IMG/VR virus record: IMGVR_UViG_3300025803_000004
Span: 1 to 35,023 of that record
Length of the DNA: 35,023 bases
Source: a virus
Lineage: Duplodnaviria > Caudoviricetes
Reading direction: 5' to 3' (one strand)
The notes beneath the pieces were generated by a model that saw nothing but the letters and a program-made list of their open reading frames with translations, had not been told where the DNA came from and did not search any database. Shown here in pieces: positions 10,420 through 18,586 of the stretch. The translations under genes and the position numbers were made by a program. Within the stretch, counting starts at the first letter, position 1. Each line of letters begins with the position of its first letter.

Positions 10420-10884
10420 ATGATAAGCAAACATATATCTGAAAAAGAAGCAACAAAAAGTGTTACAGCTCTAAGATTAGGTATAGACAATACACCTAAT
10501 GGAGATTCTCTAAGTAATATGAAATTAGTTGCTGAAAAAGTATTTGAACCATTAAGAGATTGGGTAGGTGGTCCAATCAAAATAAATTCATTTTATCGCA
10601 GTACAGCTTTAAATGAAGCTATCGGAGGAAGTGGTCGGTCTCAGCATTGTCAAGGACGTGCACTTGACCTAGATGATATATATGGTTATAAAACAAATGC
10701 AGAAATGTTTGCATATATAAAAGATAATCTTGATTTTGACCAAATGATTTGGGAGTTTGGCAATGAAGATAATCCTGATTGGGTTCACGTTTCTTATGTA
10801 AGTGAAGAAAAGAATAGAAACAAGATACTCAAAGCAGTAAGAGATGATGGTAAAACTAAATATATAGATATAACAAATGGCTGA
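10420..10884 (+). CDS. Endolysin, peptidase M15 family
   Basis: INSFYRS, SQHCQGRALD and WVHVSY zinc-peptidase motifs. Confidence 0.9.
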   Translation: MISKHISEKEATKSVTALRLGIDNTPNGDSLSNMKLVAEKVFEPLRDWVGGPIKINSFYRSTALNEAIGGSGRSQHCQGRALDLDDIYGYKTNAEMFAYIKDNLDFDQMIWEFGNEDNPDWVHVSYVSEEKNRNKILKAVRDDGKTKYIDITNG

Positions 10885-11338
10885 TAAAAAGAAATTTAAA
10901 GATACTACTGTAGGTAAATTATTATTTGGTGCTGCAACAGTTGTTTCACCACAACTAGGTTCTATATTAAATGGAGTTACATCTCCTAAAGATGCTATTG
11001 CAGAAATAACAAAAGCTAAAATACCTACAGAAGATAAAATAAAACTACAAACATTAATTTATGAGCAACAAAATAAAGAAATGGAAGAAATTAGTACAAG
11101 ATGGAAAGCTGATGCAGCTAGTGATAGTTGGCTTAGTAAGAATGTTCGTCCTATTGTGCTTATTTGGTGTATTGTGGTGTTTAGTTTTGCTGGTATATTG
11201 GATTCAGTTGATTCAATACCTTTTAACATAGGCACTACATGGAACGATACATTTGAAAAAGTTATGATGGCTGTTGTATTAGCATATTTTGGTGGTAGAA
11301 CAACAGAAAAAGCAAGTAGCATTATCAAAGGTAAATAA
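10877..11338 (+). CDS. Putative holin
   Basis: RW.AD..SDSWLSKNVRP, two hydrophobic helices and AYFGGR; adjacent to the endolysin. Confidence 0.75.
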   Translation: MADKKKFKDTTVGKLLFGAATVVSPQLGSILNGVTSPKDAIAEITKAKIPTEDKIKLQTLIYEQQNKEMEEISTRWKADAASDSWLSKNVRPIVLIWCIVVFSFAGILDSVDSIPFNIGTTWNDTFEKVMMAVVLAYFGGRTTEKASSIIKGK

Positions 11339-11472
11339 TGGCAAAAAGAGCGGCTGTACATATCTATAAATCTAATAGTCGCAAAAGAAAAGGCGTACAC
11401 GCTAAAACAAAATCAAGTAAAGTAAAATCAAGTAAGAACTATCTTAAACGATATAAAGGACAAGGAAAATAA
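11338..11472 (+). CDS. 44 aa highly basic micro-protein (not in ORF track)
   Basis: MAKRAAVHIYKSNSRKRKGVHAKTKSSKVKSSKNYLKRYKGQGK, TAATG-coupled to the holin. Confidence 0.8.
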   Translation: MAKRAAVHIYKSNSRKRKGVHAKTKSSKVKSSKNYLKRYKGQGK

Positions 11473-11545
11473 ATTCAATAGGTATATTTTTCCTCCTTTG
11501 TGAATTTAATAGGTATTTTTTACTATCTTTGTGAATTCAATAGGG
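11472..11545 (+). repeat. Tandem repeat with 31-bp period (AATTYAATAGG...CTTTGTG)
   Basis: Units start at 11472, 11503 and 11534; the second contains TATCTTTG (TAnnTTTG) at 11524-11531. Confidence 0.85.
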
Positions 11546-11620
11546 TGTTTTATTAACTCTCATTGATTTTCTTTGTTTTCATTGTTGAAAAAGAGTGGCT
11601 ATAAAAAGTTGCTCTTTTTT
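11538..11620 (+). ncRNA. Candidate sRNA/3'UTR element antisense to AACAATGAAAACA start regions
   Basis: 11574-11587 is the exact reverse complement of 12936-12949. Bounded by a TAnnTTTG element and a terminator; the 5' end is a guess. Confidence 0.5.
11588..11620 (+). terminator. Intrinsic terminator ending the structural/lysis block
   Basis: AAAGAGTGGC-tataaaaa-GTTGCTCTTT plus T run. Confidence 0.8.
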
Positions 11621-11623
11621 GTT

Positions 11624-11652
11624 TTGCATATGACAATTTTTGTATATATTAG
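11624..11652 (+). promoter_or_regulatory. Host-type promoter TTGCATATGACA...TATATTAG
   Basis: Resembles the Bacteroidota -33 TTG / -7 TAnnTTTG consensus; same 5' core as 23096 and 24093. Confidence 0.6.
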
Positions 11653-11656
11653 CAAT

Positions 11657-12220
11657 ATGAAAAATTTGCAAAGTAAATTGGTGAATGTTCAAGCGACCTT
11701 GAAAGCACCTAAAAATCAACGAAACAATTTTGGTAATTATAATTATAGAAGTTGTGAAGACATTTTAGAAGCAGTCAAACCTATATTAAAAAAAGAAGGT
11801 TTAACTCTTATGTTATCAGACACTATAAATAACGAACCATTATATGTTATTGCTACTGCTACTATTTCTGATGGTACAGATAGCGTGAGTGTATCTGCTC
11901 AGGCAGGTATTGACCCTAATAAAAAAGGGATGGATGTTGCACAAAGTTTTGGTGCATCTAGCAGTTATGCAAGAAAATACGCTTTAAACGGCTTATTTTT
12001 AATAGATGATACCAAAGATGCTGATGCGACTAATATGCACGGAAAAGTGTCTAAAACGGCTTCTAAAGGCACATTAACCGATTCTAAACAATGGCTACAA
12101 AAAGATTCTGTTCAATTTAACAATGTTTTAAAGGCAATTAAAGAGAAAGGATTTACAATGGCTGATGTAAGACAAAAATACAAAGTAAGTAAAGAAGTCG
12201 AAAGTTTATTAACAAATTAA
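11657..12220 (+). CDS. ERF-family single-strand annealing recombinase (start moved to 11657)
   Basis: LKAPK.Q.N.FG.YNYRSCEDILEAVKP and GASSSYARKYALNGLFLIDD..DAD. The upstream TTG start runs through the terminator. Confidence 0.9.
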   Translation: MKNLQSKLVNVQATLKAPKNQRNNFGNYNYRSCEDILEAVKPILKKEGLTLMLSDTINNEPLYVIATATISDGTDSVSVSAQAGIDPNKKGMDVAQSFGASSSYARKYALNGLFLIDDTKDADATNMHGKVSKTASKGTLTDSKQWLQKDSVQFNNVLKAIKEKGFTMADVRQKYKVSKEVESLLTN

Positions 12221-12231
12221 ATTTAATTATT

Positions 12232-12480
12232 ATGAATGAAAAAAAGTATGTCGGTAGTGGAAAAAAAGTTGGAAACTACGATTTAGTTAATTTCACTATT
12301 AGTGAAGACAAGACCAAAGATGCTTGGATAGAGTATAATGGCAGAAGGTTTTTAAAGATGACTATTGGTAAAAAGAAAGAAGTTGACCAATATGGTAAAA
12401 CACACTCTATTTGGTTAGATGAGTGGAAGCCAGATGAAAAGTCAGAACCACAAAAAACGGAAACTGATTTACCATTTTAG
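12232..12480 (+). CDS. Small SSB-like protein
   Basis: Beta-rich, acidic tail ending DLPF, next to ERF. Confidence 0.6.
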   Translation: MNEKKYVGSGKKVGNYDLVNFTISEDKTKDAWIEYNGRRFLKMTIGKKKEVDQYGKTHSIWLDEWKPDEKSEPQKTETDLPF

Positions 12481-12487
12481 TTTAACA

Positions 12488-12560
12488 TAATCTTAGAGTG
12501 CCTAGCACTTTTCATGTTATATTTTTAGTTGTTTATTTACAGCTAGGCACTTTGAGATTA
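12488..12560 (+). ncRNA. 19-bp RNA hairpin whose 35-nt loop is antisense to the start of gene 22093
   Basis: 12488-12506 pairs with 12542-12560 (two G-U pairs on the + strand); loop 12509-12530 complements 22076-22099 with a 2-nt bulge. Confidence 0.6.
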
Positions 12561-12573
12561 AAATAATGAAACA

Positions 12574-12864
12574 ATGAATAATTATATCAATATTAATTTA
12601 GCATTTATGAATACAAATTTATCTATACAAGAATCGGCAGTTTTATCATATATTAGTTCTTTGGCAATAAAAAAGAATTATTGTTATGCTTCTAACGAAG
12701 CGATATGTAATGCCTTGAAACTCAACGATAGAACTTTATATAGAATATTAAAAAAACTAGAAGACAAAGAATATATTAAAAGGGAAACAAAAAGTATTGG
12801 AAACTACGGAAAGCAAAGAAAAATATTTATTTCTGCAAATGCCAGACTTGTCAGTTCCTTGTAA
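12574..12864 (+). CDS. Winged-HTH protein resembling the N-terminal domain of phage replication initiators
   Basis: CYASNEAIC..LKLNDRTLYRILKKLEDKEYIKR; upstream of iteron-like repeats and primase-helicase. Confidence 0.75.
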   Translation: MNNYININLAFMNTNLSIQESAVLSYISSLAIKKNYCYASNEAICNALKLNDRTLYRILKKLEDKEYIKRETKSIGNYGKQRKIFISANARLVSSL

Positions 12865-12927
12865 TACATAGTGTAATATATAATAAATATATAACATAGT
12901 GTAATATATAATATAATACATAATGTA
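12865..12927. repeat. Array 1 of (T/A)ACA-TA(G/A)-TGTA palindromes, 3 copies
   Basis: Copies at 12865, 12893 and 12917, separated by A/T-only linkers. Confidence 0.85.
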
Positions 12928-12940
12928 ATACAAAGCAACA

Positions 12941-14671
12941 ATGAAAACAGAATTTGAAAAAATTGGTATATTGCCAAAGGGTAATAATACACAACAAAAA
13001 GTAAAGTGCCCAAATTGTTATAAGATAGGCAAAGAACATTATAACGACCCCTGTTTAAGTATAAATCTTGATTCTGGGGTTTTTAATTGCCATAAATGTT
13101 CGTGGCATGGTAAAGTAAAAACAGAATATTATATGCCTGAGAAAAAAGTATATCAAAAACCTGTAAAGAATAATCTAAAGAAGCTCAATTTAAAATGTAA
13201 GAAGTTTCTTACCAAAAGAGGAATTACAGAAGAGGTTATTGAAGCAAACAAAATTATATCTACAAAAGATGGCAATAGTATTGTGTTTCCATACTTTAAA
13301 AACAATGAGCTTATAAATTATAAAACTCGTGGTATTAATGATAAAATATTTACACAAAGCAGAAATGGTTTGCCAATTATATATAACTATGATAGGGTTG
13401 CCAATGAAAAATTAATTATTATTTGTGAAGGAGAAATAGATTCATTGAGTTGGGAGGTAGCTGGTATTACTTGGCATACTTCTGTAAATATGGGTGCTCC
13501 TAATGTACACGATAAAAACATAGATAAAAAACTAGAATGTATATCTAATAGTTATGAAGTGTTTGAACAAGCTGAACGAATTTATATAGCTACTGATGAA
13601 GATGACAATGGTAGATATTTGTCTGAAGAATTAGTTAGAAGATTTGGAGCAGAAAAATGTAAGATAGTTAGTTTTAAACCTTATAAAGATGCTAATGAGG
13701 TTTTACAAAACGAAGGAGTAGAATCCTTAAAAGATAGAGTTAGAAATGCTATTGACCCAAAAGTTGAAGGTATATTTGGCATTGATGATATATTTGATTC
13801 AATGCTAGATAATTATAGAAATGGTCAAGAGAGAGGTACAACAACTTATATACCAAGTGTAGATTCTGCATGGACTTGGAGAAATGGAGAGTTAAATATT
13901 TGGACTGGCTATCAAAATGAAGGTAAGAGTATGTTTTTAAATCAGTTGGCATTATTAAAAGCATTTTTTGATGGTTGGAAGTTTGGAGTATTTTCACCTG
14001 AGAATATGCCAATCAATGACTTCTTTAATGATTTAATTGAAACTTATATTGGTAAAAGTGCCGACCCATTTTTTACTAATAATTATATGAGTGAAGATGA
14101 GTTTAGAAAGGGTATGGCATTTATGAAAAAACACTTTTTTATAATATATCCAAAAAAAAGTTATAAATTAGAAGATATATTTGACAGAGCTAAGTTTTTA
14201 GTGAAGACAAAAGGTATTCGTTCTTTGATTATTGACCCTTACAATACAATTCAACATAGGATGCAACATGGAGAGAGAGAAGATTTGTATATAAGTAGAT
14301 TTATGAGTGAGTTAAAAAGGTTTGCTATTGAAAATAAAATATCAATTCATTTAGTAGCACACCAAGTAACACCACAAAAAGATGACAACAACAAATATTT
14401 TAAACCTGATTTAAACAGGATTAAAGGTGGGGGAACATTTTCGGATAAAGCAGACAATGTATTGTTTGTGTGGAGACCAAATAGAGCAATAGACTTTTCT
14501 GATACTTCAGTAATATTTGGCAGTCAAAAGATAAAGAAGCAAAAACTCGTAGGTTATCCCCAAGAGATACATGGCATAACTTTCGATAGAAAATCATCGA
14601 GATATTATTTTCATAATGAAACACCATTTGAAGATATAGATAAGTTTCGATGCGAAGAAGAGCAAGAGTAG
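12941..14671 (+). CDS. Primase-helicase (T7 gp4/Twinkle-like)
   Basis: Zn finger CPNC...CHKC, TOPRIM ICEGEIDSLS / ATDEDDNG, Walker A GYQNEGKS, IIDPYN, VAHQ. Confidence 0.93.
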   Translation: MKTEFEKIGILPKGNNTQQKVKCPNCYKIGKEHYNDPCLSINLDSGVFNCHKCSWHGKVKTEYYMPEKKVYQKPVKNNLKKLNLKCKKFLTKRGITEEVIEANKIISTKDGNSIVFPYFKNNELINYKTRGINDKIFTQSRNGLPIIYNYDRVANEKLIIICEGEIDSLSWEVAGITWHTSVNMGAPNVHDKNIDKKLECISNSYEVFEQAERIYIATDEDDNGRYLSEELVRRFGAEKCKIVSFKPYKDANEVLQNEGVESLKDRVRNAIDPKVEGIFGIDDIFDSMLDNYRNGQERGTTTYIPSVDSAWTWRNGELNIWTGYQNEGKSMFLNQLALLKAFFDGWKFGVFSPENMPINDFFNDLIETYIGKSADPFFTNNYMSEDEFRKGMAFMKKHFFIIYPKKSYKLEDIFDRAKFLVKTKGIRSLIIDPYNTIQHRMQHGEREDLYISRFMSELKRFAIENKISIHLVAHQVTPQKDDNNKYFKPDLNRIKGGGTFSDKADNVLFVWRPNRAIDFSDTSVIFGSQKIKKQKLVGYPQEIHGITFDRKSSRYYFHNETPFEDIDKFRCEEEQE

Positions 14672-14931
14672 ATGCTAACCAAAAAGAGATAGTTGCCAAG
14701 CTAAGAGAGTTTGGTTGCTCAATCTTACACACACATCAATTAGGCAAAGGAGCACCAGATATTATTATTGGATTTAATAATCGAAACTATTTAATAGAAT
14801 TAAAAGATGGTAGTAAAACAAAATCTCAACAGAAACTCACACCAGATGAGGTTGAGTTCCAGAATGAATGGAAAGGGAACTATCATGTATGCAATAGTTT
14901 TGAACAAGTTAAATCTATATTGGTTGAGTAA
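14650..14931 (+). CDS. VRR-NUC-like PD-(D/E)XK endonuclease (resolvase-like)
   Basis: GKGAPDIIIG...LIELKDG...LTPDEVEF. Confidence 0.8.
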   Translation: MRRRARVDANQKEIVAKLREFGCSILHTHQLGKGAPDIIIGFNNRNYLIELKDGSKTKSQQKLTPDEVEFQNEWKGNYHVCNSFEQVKSILVE

Positions 14932-15499
14932 GATACTAAACATATTGGCAAAAAGACATACTGAATGGTTGAGAATGGCTTCTAGTTTTAAAATTAATAA
15001 TGAAGATGCCAATGAGATTGTACAAGAAATGTATATAAGGATGCACGATTATACAAAAGACATTGAAAGAATTATGTACAATGAAAAAGAAATAAATACT
15101 TTTTATATATATATTACAATGCGAAACATTTATTATAGTAAATTCTTGCAGTTTGGCAAGTCTGTAAAAAACAAAAAGATATTTTTATTTAGTGAATTTA
15201 ACAGAGATGATATATATAAATTATATGAGGATGTTGTAGAAGACTATAATGATTTTATAGATAATTACGAAAAAAAGGTTAAATTAGAAGAGTTGTTTGA
15301 TGTCATTGATAAAGAAATTGATGACTGGTATTGGTATGACAAGAAATTAACTAGGTTGTATTTTAATACTAAAATGAGTATGAGAGACATAAGTAAAGAA
15401 ACAAAAATAAGTTTAAGTTCAATATTTAATACATTAACAAATGCCAAAGAAAAAATCAGAAAAAAAGCAAAAGAGCATTACAAAAAGTACAAAGAGTAA
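14924..15499 (+). CDS. Phage sigma factor, sigma70/ECF-like (likely TTG start at 14924)
   Basis: Region-2-like DANEIVQEMYIR...YIYITMRN and region-4 HTH MSMRDISKETKISLSSIFNTL. Confidence 0.8.
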   Translation: MSKILNILAKRHTEWLRMASSFKINNEDANEIVQEMYIRMHDYTKDIERIMYNEKEINTFYIYITMRNIYYSKFLQFGKSVKNKKIFLFSEFNRDDIYKLYEDVVEDYNDFIDNYEKKVKLEELFDVIDKEIDDWYWYDKKLTRLYFNTKMSMRDISKETKISLSSIFNTLTNAKEKIRKKAKEHYKKYKE

Positions 15500-15845
15500 A
15501 GGTTTAGGAGATACTTTAGAAAAAGTATTTAAGAAAACAGGAATTGACAAAGTAGCTAAATGGGTATTAGGTGAAGATTGTGGTTGCGATGATAGAAAAG
15601 AAAAGCTCAATTATTTATTTCCATATTACAAACCAGAGTGTTTAACAGAAGATGAATTTAAATATCTTGATAAATATTTTAAAGAAGATAAAAAAACAAT
15701 TCATCCACAAACACAACAGAAGTTGTTAAAGATATTTAACAGAGTGTTTCATCAAAATAAAAAAATGACTAGTTGTAGTTCATGTTTTAAAACTGAATTA
15801 CACAATAAATTACATAGAGTGTATATCGAATATTTAGATGAGTAG
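15441..15845 (+). CDS. Hypothetical Cys-containing protein
   Basis: SKGLGDT..., CGC and CSSC motifs. Confidence 0.75.
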   Translation: MPKKKSEKKQKSITKSTKSKGLGDTLEKVFKKTGIDKVAKWVLGEDCGCDDRKEKLNYLFPYYKPECLTEDEFKYLDKYFKEDKKTIHPQTQQKLLKIFNRVFHQNKKMTSCSSCFKTELHNKLHRVYIEYLDE

Positions 15846-16236
15846 TTTAATAAGAAACAGAAAAAAGGTTAGACAAGTTATAGATTTTACAGGAGTGCAA
15901 AATGGTAAAATGCACCCTAGCGATATTGATGCTGTGTTAGAGTTTGATAATGAGATACTTATACTTATTGAAGTAAAATATAAATATAAAAAGATACCTA
16001 CTGGTCAAAGATTATTATTAGAGAGATTATGTAATTCTTGGCATACAAAAAAATCTATTGTATTAAAAGTTGAGCATGATTACGAAAGTGATGAAGAGAA
16101 TATACCATTAGAAAATTGTAAAATAACTGCAATATATTATGATAATAAATGGATTTATTATAGTGAGGGTTATGAATTTAAGAGATATATAAATAAGCTC
16201 GGTGAAAAATGGGAATGTAAAAAGTGCTCCTTTTAA
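15838..16236 (+). CDS. Putative PD-(D/E)XK nuclease-fold protein
   Basis: SDIDAVLEF...LIEVK. Confidence 0.55.
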   Translation: MSSLIRNRKKVRQVIDFTGVQNGKMHPSDIDAVLEFDNEILILIEVKYKYKKIPTGQRLLLERLCNSWHTKKSIVLKVEHDYESDEENIPLENCKITAIYYDNKWIYYSEGYEFKRYINKLGEKWECKKCSF

Positions 16237-16258
16237 ACAAATCTAATAGTTTTTATTA
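16236..16258 (+). promoter_or_regulatory. Candidate late promoter AACAA-N12-TTATTA
   Basis: Upstream of ATG 16266. Confidence 0.55.
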
Positions 16259-16265
16259 TTTATAT

Positions 16266-16412
16266 ATGCCACTAATAAAACCAAAGAGATACGAACAAAG
16301 AGAAAACTTCTTACAGAGGTTTATGAATAACGCCAAAATGATTTTAGAATATCCAGACCCTAAGCAAAGATATGCAGTTGCTATGGATATTTGGAAAAAG
16401 AAATTTAATTAA
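16266..16412 (+). CDS. 48 aa hypothetical protein (start moved to 16266)
   Basis: MPLIKPKRYE...EYPDPKQRYAV, lying between a promoter motif and a terminator. Confidence 0.75.
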   Translation: MPLIKPKRYEQRENFLQRFMNNAKMILEYPDPKQRYAVAMDIWKKKFN

Positions 16413-16466
16413 CCCTGCATCCTGCAATCATTCCGTCACTTAACACCATTGGGTGTGGGGTTTTTT
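16411..16466 (+). terminator. Terminator-like hairpin with unusually large loop
   Basis: AACCCTGCATCC pairs with GGGTGTGGGGTT (G-U pairs), 28-nt loop, then T run. Confidence 0.65.
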
Positions 16467-16475
16467 AAATAAAAC

Positions 16476-16506
16476 TTGCATAATTAATTAATTATTATTT
16501 AATTTG
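16476..16506 (+). promoter_or_regulatory. Host-type promoter TTGCAT...TTAATTTG
   Basis: TTG-to-TTG offset of 28 bp, as at 19815, 23096 and 24093. Confidence 0.55.
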
Positions 16507-16523
16507 TTTATAACAATGAAACA

Positions 16524-16763
16524 ATGAGAATAATATTACTACTATTAATTATGTTTATACAAAGTTGCACAAAGGAGAATTGTGATTTAGAATATTATCC
16601 TTCGCCTCCTAGACTTGAGCCATACCATGTCGAGTATGGAGATTACAATGTCAAATATGTTTATATATGTATAAATGGTTATAATGAAGTGTATAACTAT
16701 TATGTCTCAGGTGATTGTTGGGAACTAAATTATTCACAAAATTATAATTACGATTGTCAATGA
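16524..16763 (+). CDS. Lipoprotein
   Basis: MRIILLLLIMFIQSC signal peptide with lipobox Cys. Confidence 0.75.
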   Translation: MRIILLLLIMFIQSCTKENCDLEYYPSPPRLEPYHVEYGDYNVKYVYICINGYNEVYNYYVSGDCWELNYSQNYNYDCQ

Positions 16764-17533
16764 AAGACTTATTTACAACATTAGATGGCGAAGTTTGGGA
16801 TAGAAACGAACTTGTCGAAAAAGCCATACAAGATAAATTCTATTATGGTTATTTATCAACTGCTTGTTTTTCAAGTAGTGCTGTTAGCAAATTATTAAAA
16901 TCTCCTAGAGAATATAAAAAGGTAGAAGACTTACCAACTGAATCTGATGCACTTGCACAGGGATATTTATTTCATGCAAGTATTTTAGAACAGGATAAAT
17001 TTAATGAATGTTTATTCTTAGATGTGGCAACTAAAGCCAATAAGCAATACAAACTTGCCAAAGCTGAAAGATGGGATGTCTTTACAATGAAAGATAGAGA
17101 CAAAGCATTAAGAATGCGAGATAGATTTTATAGTTGCAAGGAAGCTAGTGATTTAATATCTGATTGTGAGTTTGAAGTACCACAAGTAGATTATTTATTA
17201 GATTATCCTTTTAGGGCAAAAGCTGATGCACTTGGTAGTTTGCTTGTAGATTTAAAAAGTACAAGCGACTTGAATAAATTTAAGTATAGTGCCAAAATAT
17301 ATAATTATGATAGTCAATGTTATATCTATTGTAATATGTTTGGCAAATCTTATAAGGATTTTAGATTTGTTGTTATTGATAAAACACCTACAAATGAAAT
17401 AGGAATATTTGATGTAAGCGAGGATTTTTATTATAGTGGCGAACAAAAAGTAGAGATGGCATTGAATGTCTATGAAAGGTTTATTAAAAATGAATTTAAC
17501 TTAAATGATTACTTAGTTATAGATACTTTGTAA
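16760..17533 (+). CDS. RecE/exonuclease VIII-like PD-(D/E)XK exonuclease
   Basis: SSS...LLKSP, G.LFH..ILE, RAKAD, VDLKST, YDSQ..IY. ATG 16760 overlaps the upstream stop. Confidence 0.82.
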   Translation: MKDLFTTLDGEVWDRNELVEKAIQDKFYYGYLSTACFSSSAVSKLLKSPREYKKVEDLPTESDALAQGYLFHASILEQDKFNECLFLDVATKANKQYKLAKAERWDVFTMKDRDKALRMRDRFYSCKEASDLISDCEFEVPQVDYLLDYPFRAKADALGSLLVDLKSTSDLNKFKYSAKIYNYDSQCYIYCNMFGKSYKDFRFVVIDKTPTNEIGIFDVSEDFYYSGEQKVEMALNVYERFIKNEFNLNDYLVIDTL

Positions 17534-17754
17534 TGAATAATATTTTATACCTAGATAAAGAAGAATGCTACTTAGACACCTTATTATGTTTGCAAACAAA
17601 TGTAACAACGCTTACAGATGCAATGATGATACTAAAACATTATGAAGATACTGAAGAATATGAGTGTTGTAGTGGCATATTAAAAGCAATAAATGAATAC
17701 AGAGAATCTATTAAAATTAATAAAAGACTTACAAGAGGACATAAATTATTATGA
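17533..17754 (+). CDS. Hypothetical protein
   Basis: TAATG-coupled; YEDTEEYECCSGI motif. Confidence 0.65.
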   Translation: MNNILYLDKEECYLDTLLCLQTNVTTLTDAMMILKHYEDTEEYECCSGILKAINEYRESIKINKRLTRGHKLL

Positions 17755-17935
17755 ATCTTATAAGCGCAATTTAATTCAATACATAATTCAAAGGTCTTGT
17801 TTTCAATGTAGAACAAGATTTGATTCGCAACAGATGTTAAGAATTTTGAAAGAATTACTTGAAGTTAACACAAAGATATATAAATTAAAATATGAAAAAC
17901 AAATACAGAGAGCTATTGAAAAAGGAATCTCCTAA
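17693..17935 (+). CDS. Hypothetical protein
   Basis: Overlapping ORF within the operon. Confidence 0.55.
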   Translation: MNTENLLKLIKDLQEDINYYESYKRNLIQYIIQRSCFQCRTRFDSQQMLRILKELLEVNTKIYKLKYEKQIQRAIEKGIS

Positions 17936-18230
17936 CTTATATAAGAATTATGAATCTATTATGTTAGAGCAATTTGAGTTGTTTGCCAAAAAACAATTAG
18001 ATTATGGCATAAGTAATATAAGTACAGGTGCTGACTTAAACACCGAAGAGGGCAAAAAGTTTGCATTATCTGGATTATGGTTTAGAATGAATGATAAGAT
18101 TAGTCGTTGGAAAAACCTTATTATTAAGAATCGAAAAGCTAACAATGAATCATTAGTGGATACTTTTCAAGACTTAGGTAATTATTCAATTATATCACAA
18201 TTAATAAGTAAAAATCAATGGAAGAATTAG
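17892..18230 (+). CDS. DUF1599/nucleotide-modification-associated-domain-1-like protein
   Basis: KKQLDYG...RMNDKISR..NL...ESLVDTFQDLGNYSII. Confidence 0.75.
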   Translation: MKNKYRELLKKESPNLYKNYESIMLEQFELFAKKQLDYGISNISTGADLNTEEGKKFALSGLWFRMNDKISRWKNLIIKNRKANNESLVDTFQDLGNYSIISQLISKNQWKN

Positions 18231-18586
18231 AAAACAACAAAAAGAAACCTGATGGTAGAAAAAATAATGGTGCAGTAAAAGGCATCTCAAGAGGTCAAGG
18301 AAGAAAACCAAAAGCGACTGAAAAGAAGTTAAGTAGCTTTGCTTTACAGAGTATGAAAAAAGTATTTGGTAGTGAAGAGAAAGCATGGTTAGAATTAGCT
18401 AAGATGTCAAAAGAAAGTTTCCCTCATATGAGATTACTTTGGGAATATAAATATGGCAAACCAAAAGAAAGCAAAGAATTAGATGTTAAGACTGAGGTTA
18501 ATATTCCTGTAATAAACTTCTTAGAAAAAGAGAAAACTATTGATATTGAATCTAAAGATGTAGATGAAGAATCTGAATCTAAATAA
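18218..18586 (+). CDS. Terminase small subunit (putative)
   Basis: DGRKNNG...GQGRKPK N-terminus, YGKPKE; directly upstream of the large subunit. Confidence 0.7.
   Translation: MEELENNKKKPDGRKNNGAVKGISRGQGRKPKATEKKLSSFALQSMKKVFGSEEKAWLELAKMSKESFPHMRLLWEYKYGKPKESKELDVKTEVNIPVINFLEKEKTIDIESKDVDEESESK

Noticed and set aside
11472-11545. Mini-CRISPR array
   Set aside because: The 31-bp period leaves only ~14 nt of mutually similar spacer; no cas genes.
12480-12507. Third dif site (GTTTAACATAA)
   Set aside because: Only a one-mismatch XerD half; no XerC-like arm after a 6-bp spacer, and it overlaps the RNA hairpin.
12478-12516. Minus-strand micro-ORFs starting in the anti-start tracts (MKSARHSKIMLN here, MKTKKINES near 11582)
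   Set aside because: Only 9-12 codons, no minus-strand promoter seen, and G-U pairing favours the + strand RNA. Not fully excluded.
14807-14923. N-terminal extension of the sigma factor ORF
   Set aside because: It overlaps the nuclease gene throughout; TTG 14924 gives a typical length and overlap.
17892-18230. DNA hypermodification system
   Set aside because: Only a lone DUF1599-like gene; no polymerase, transferase or nucleotide-synthesis partner recognised.
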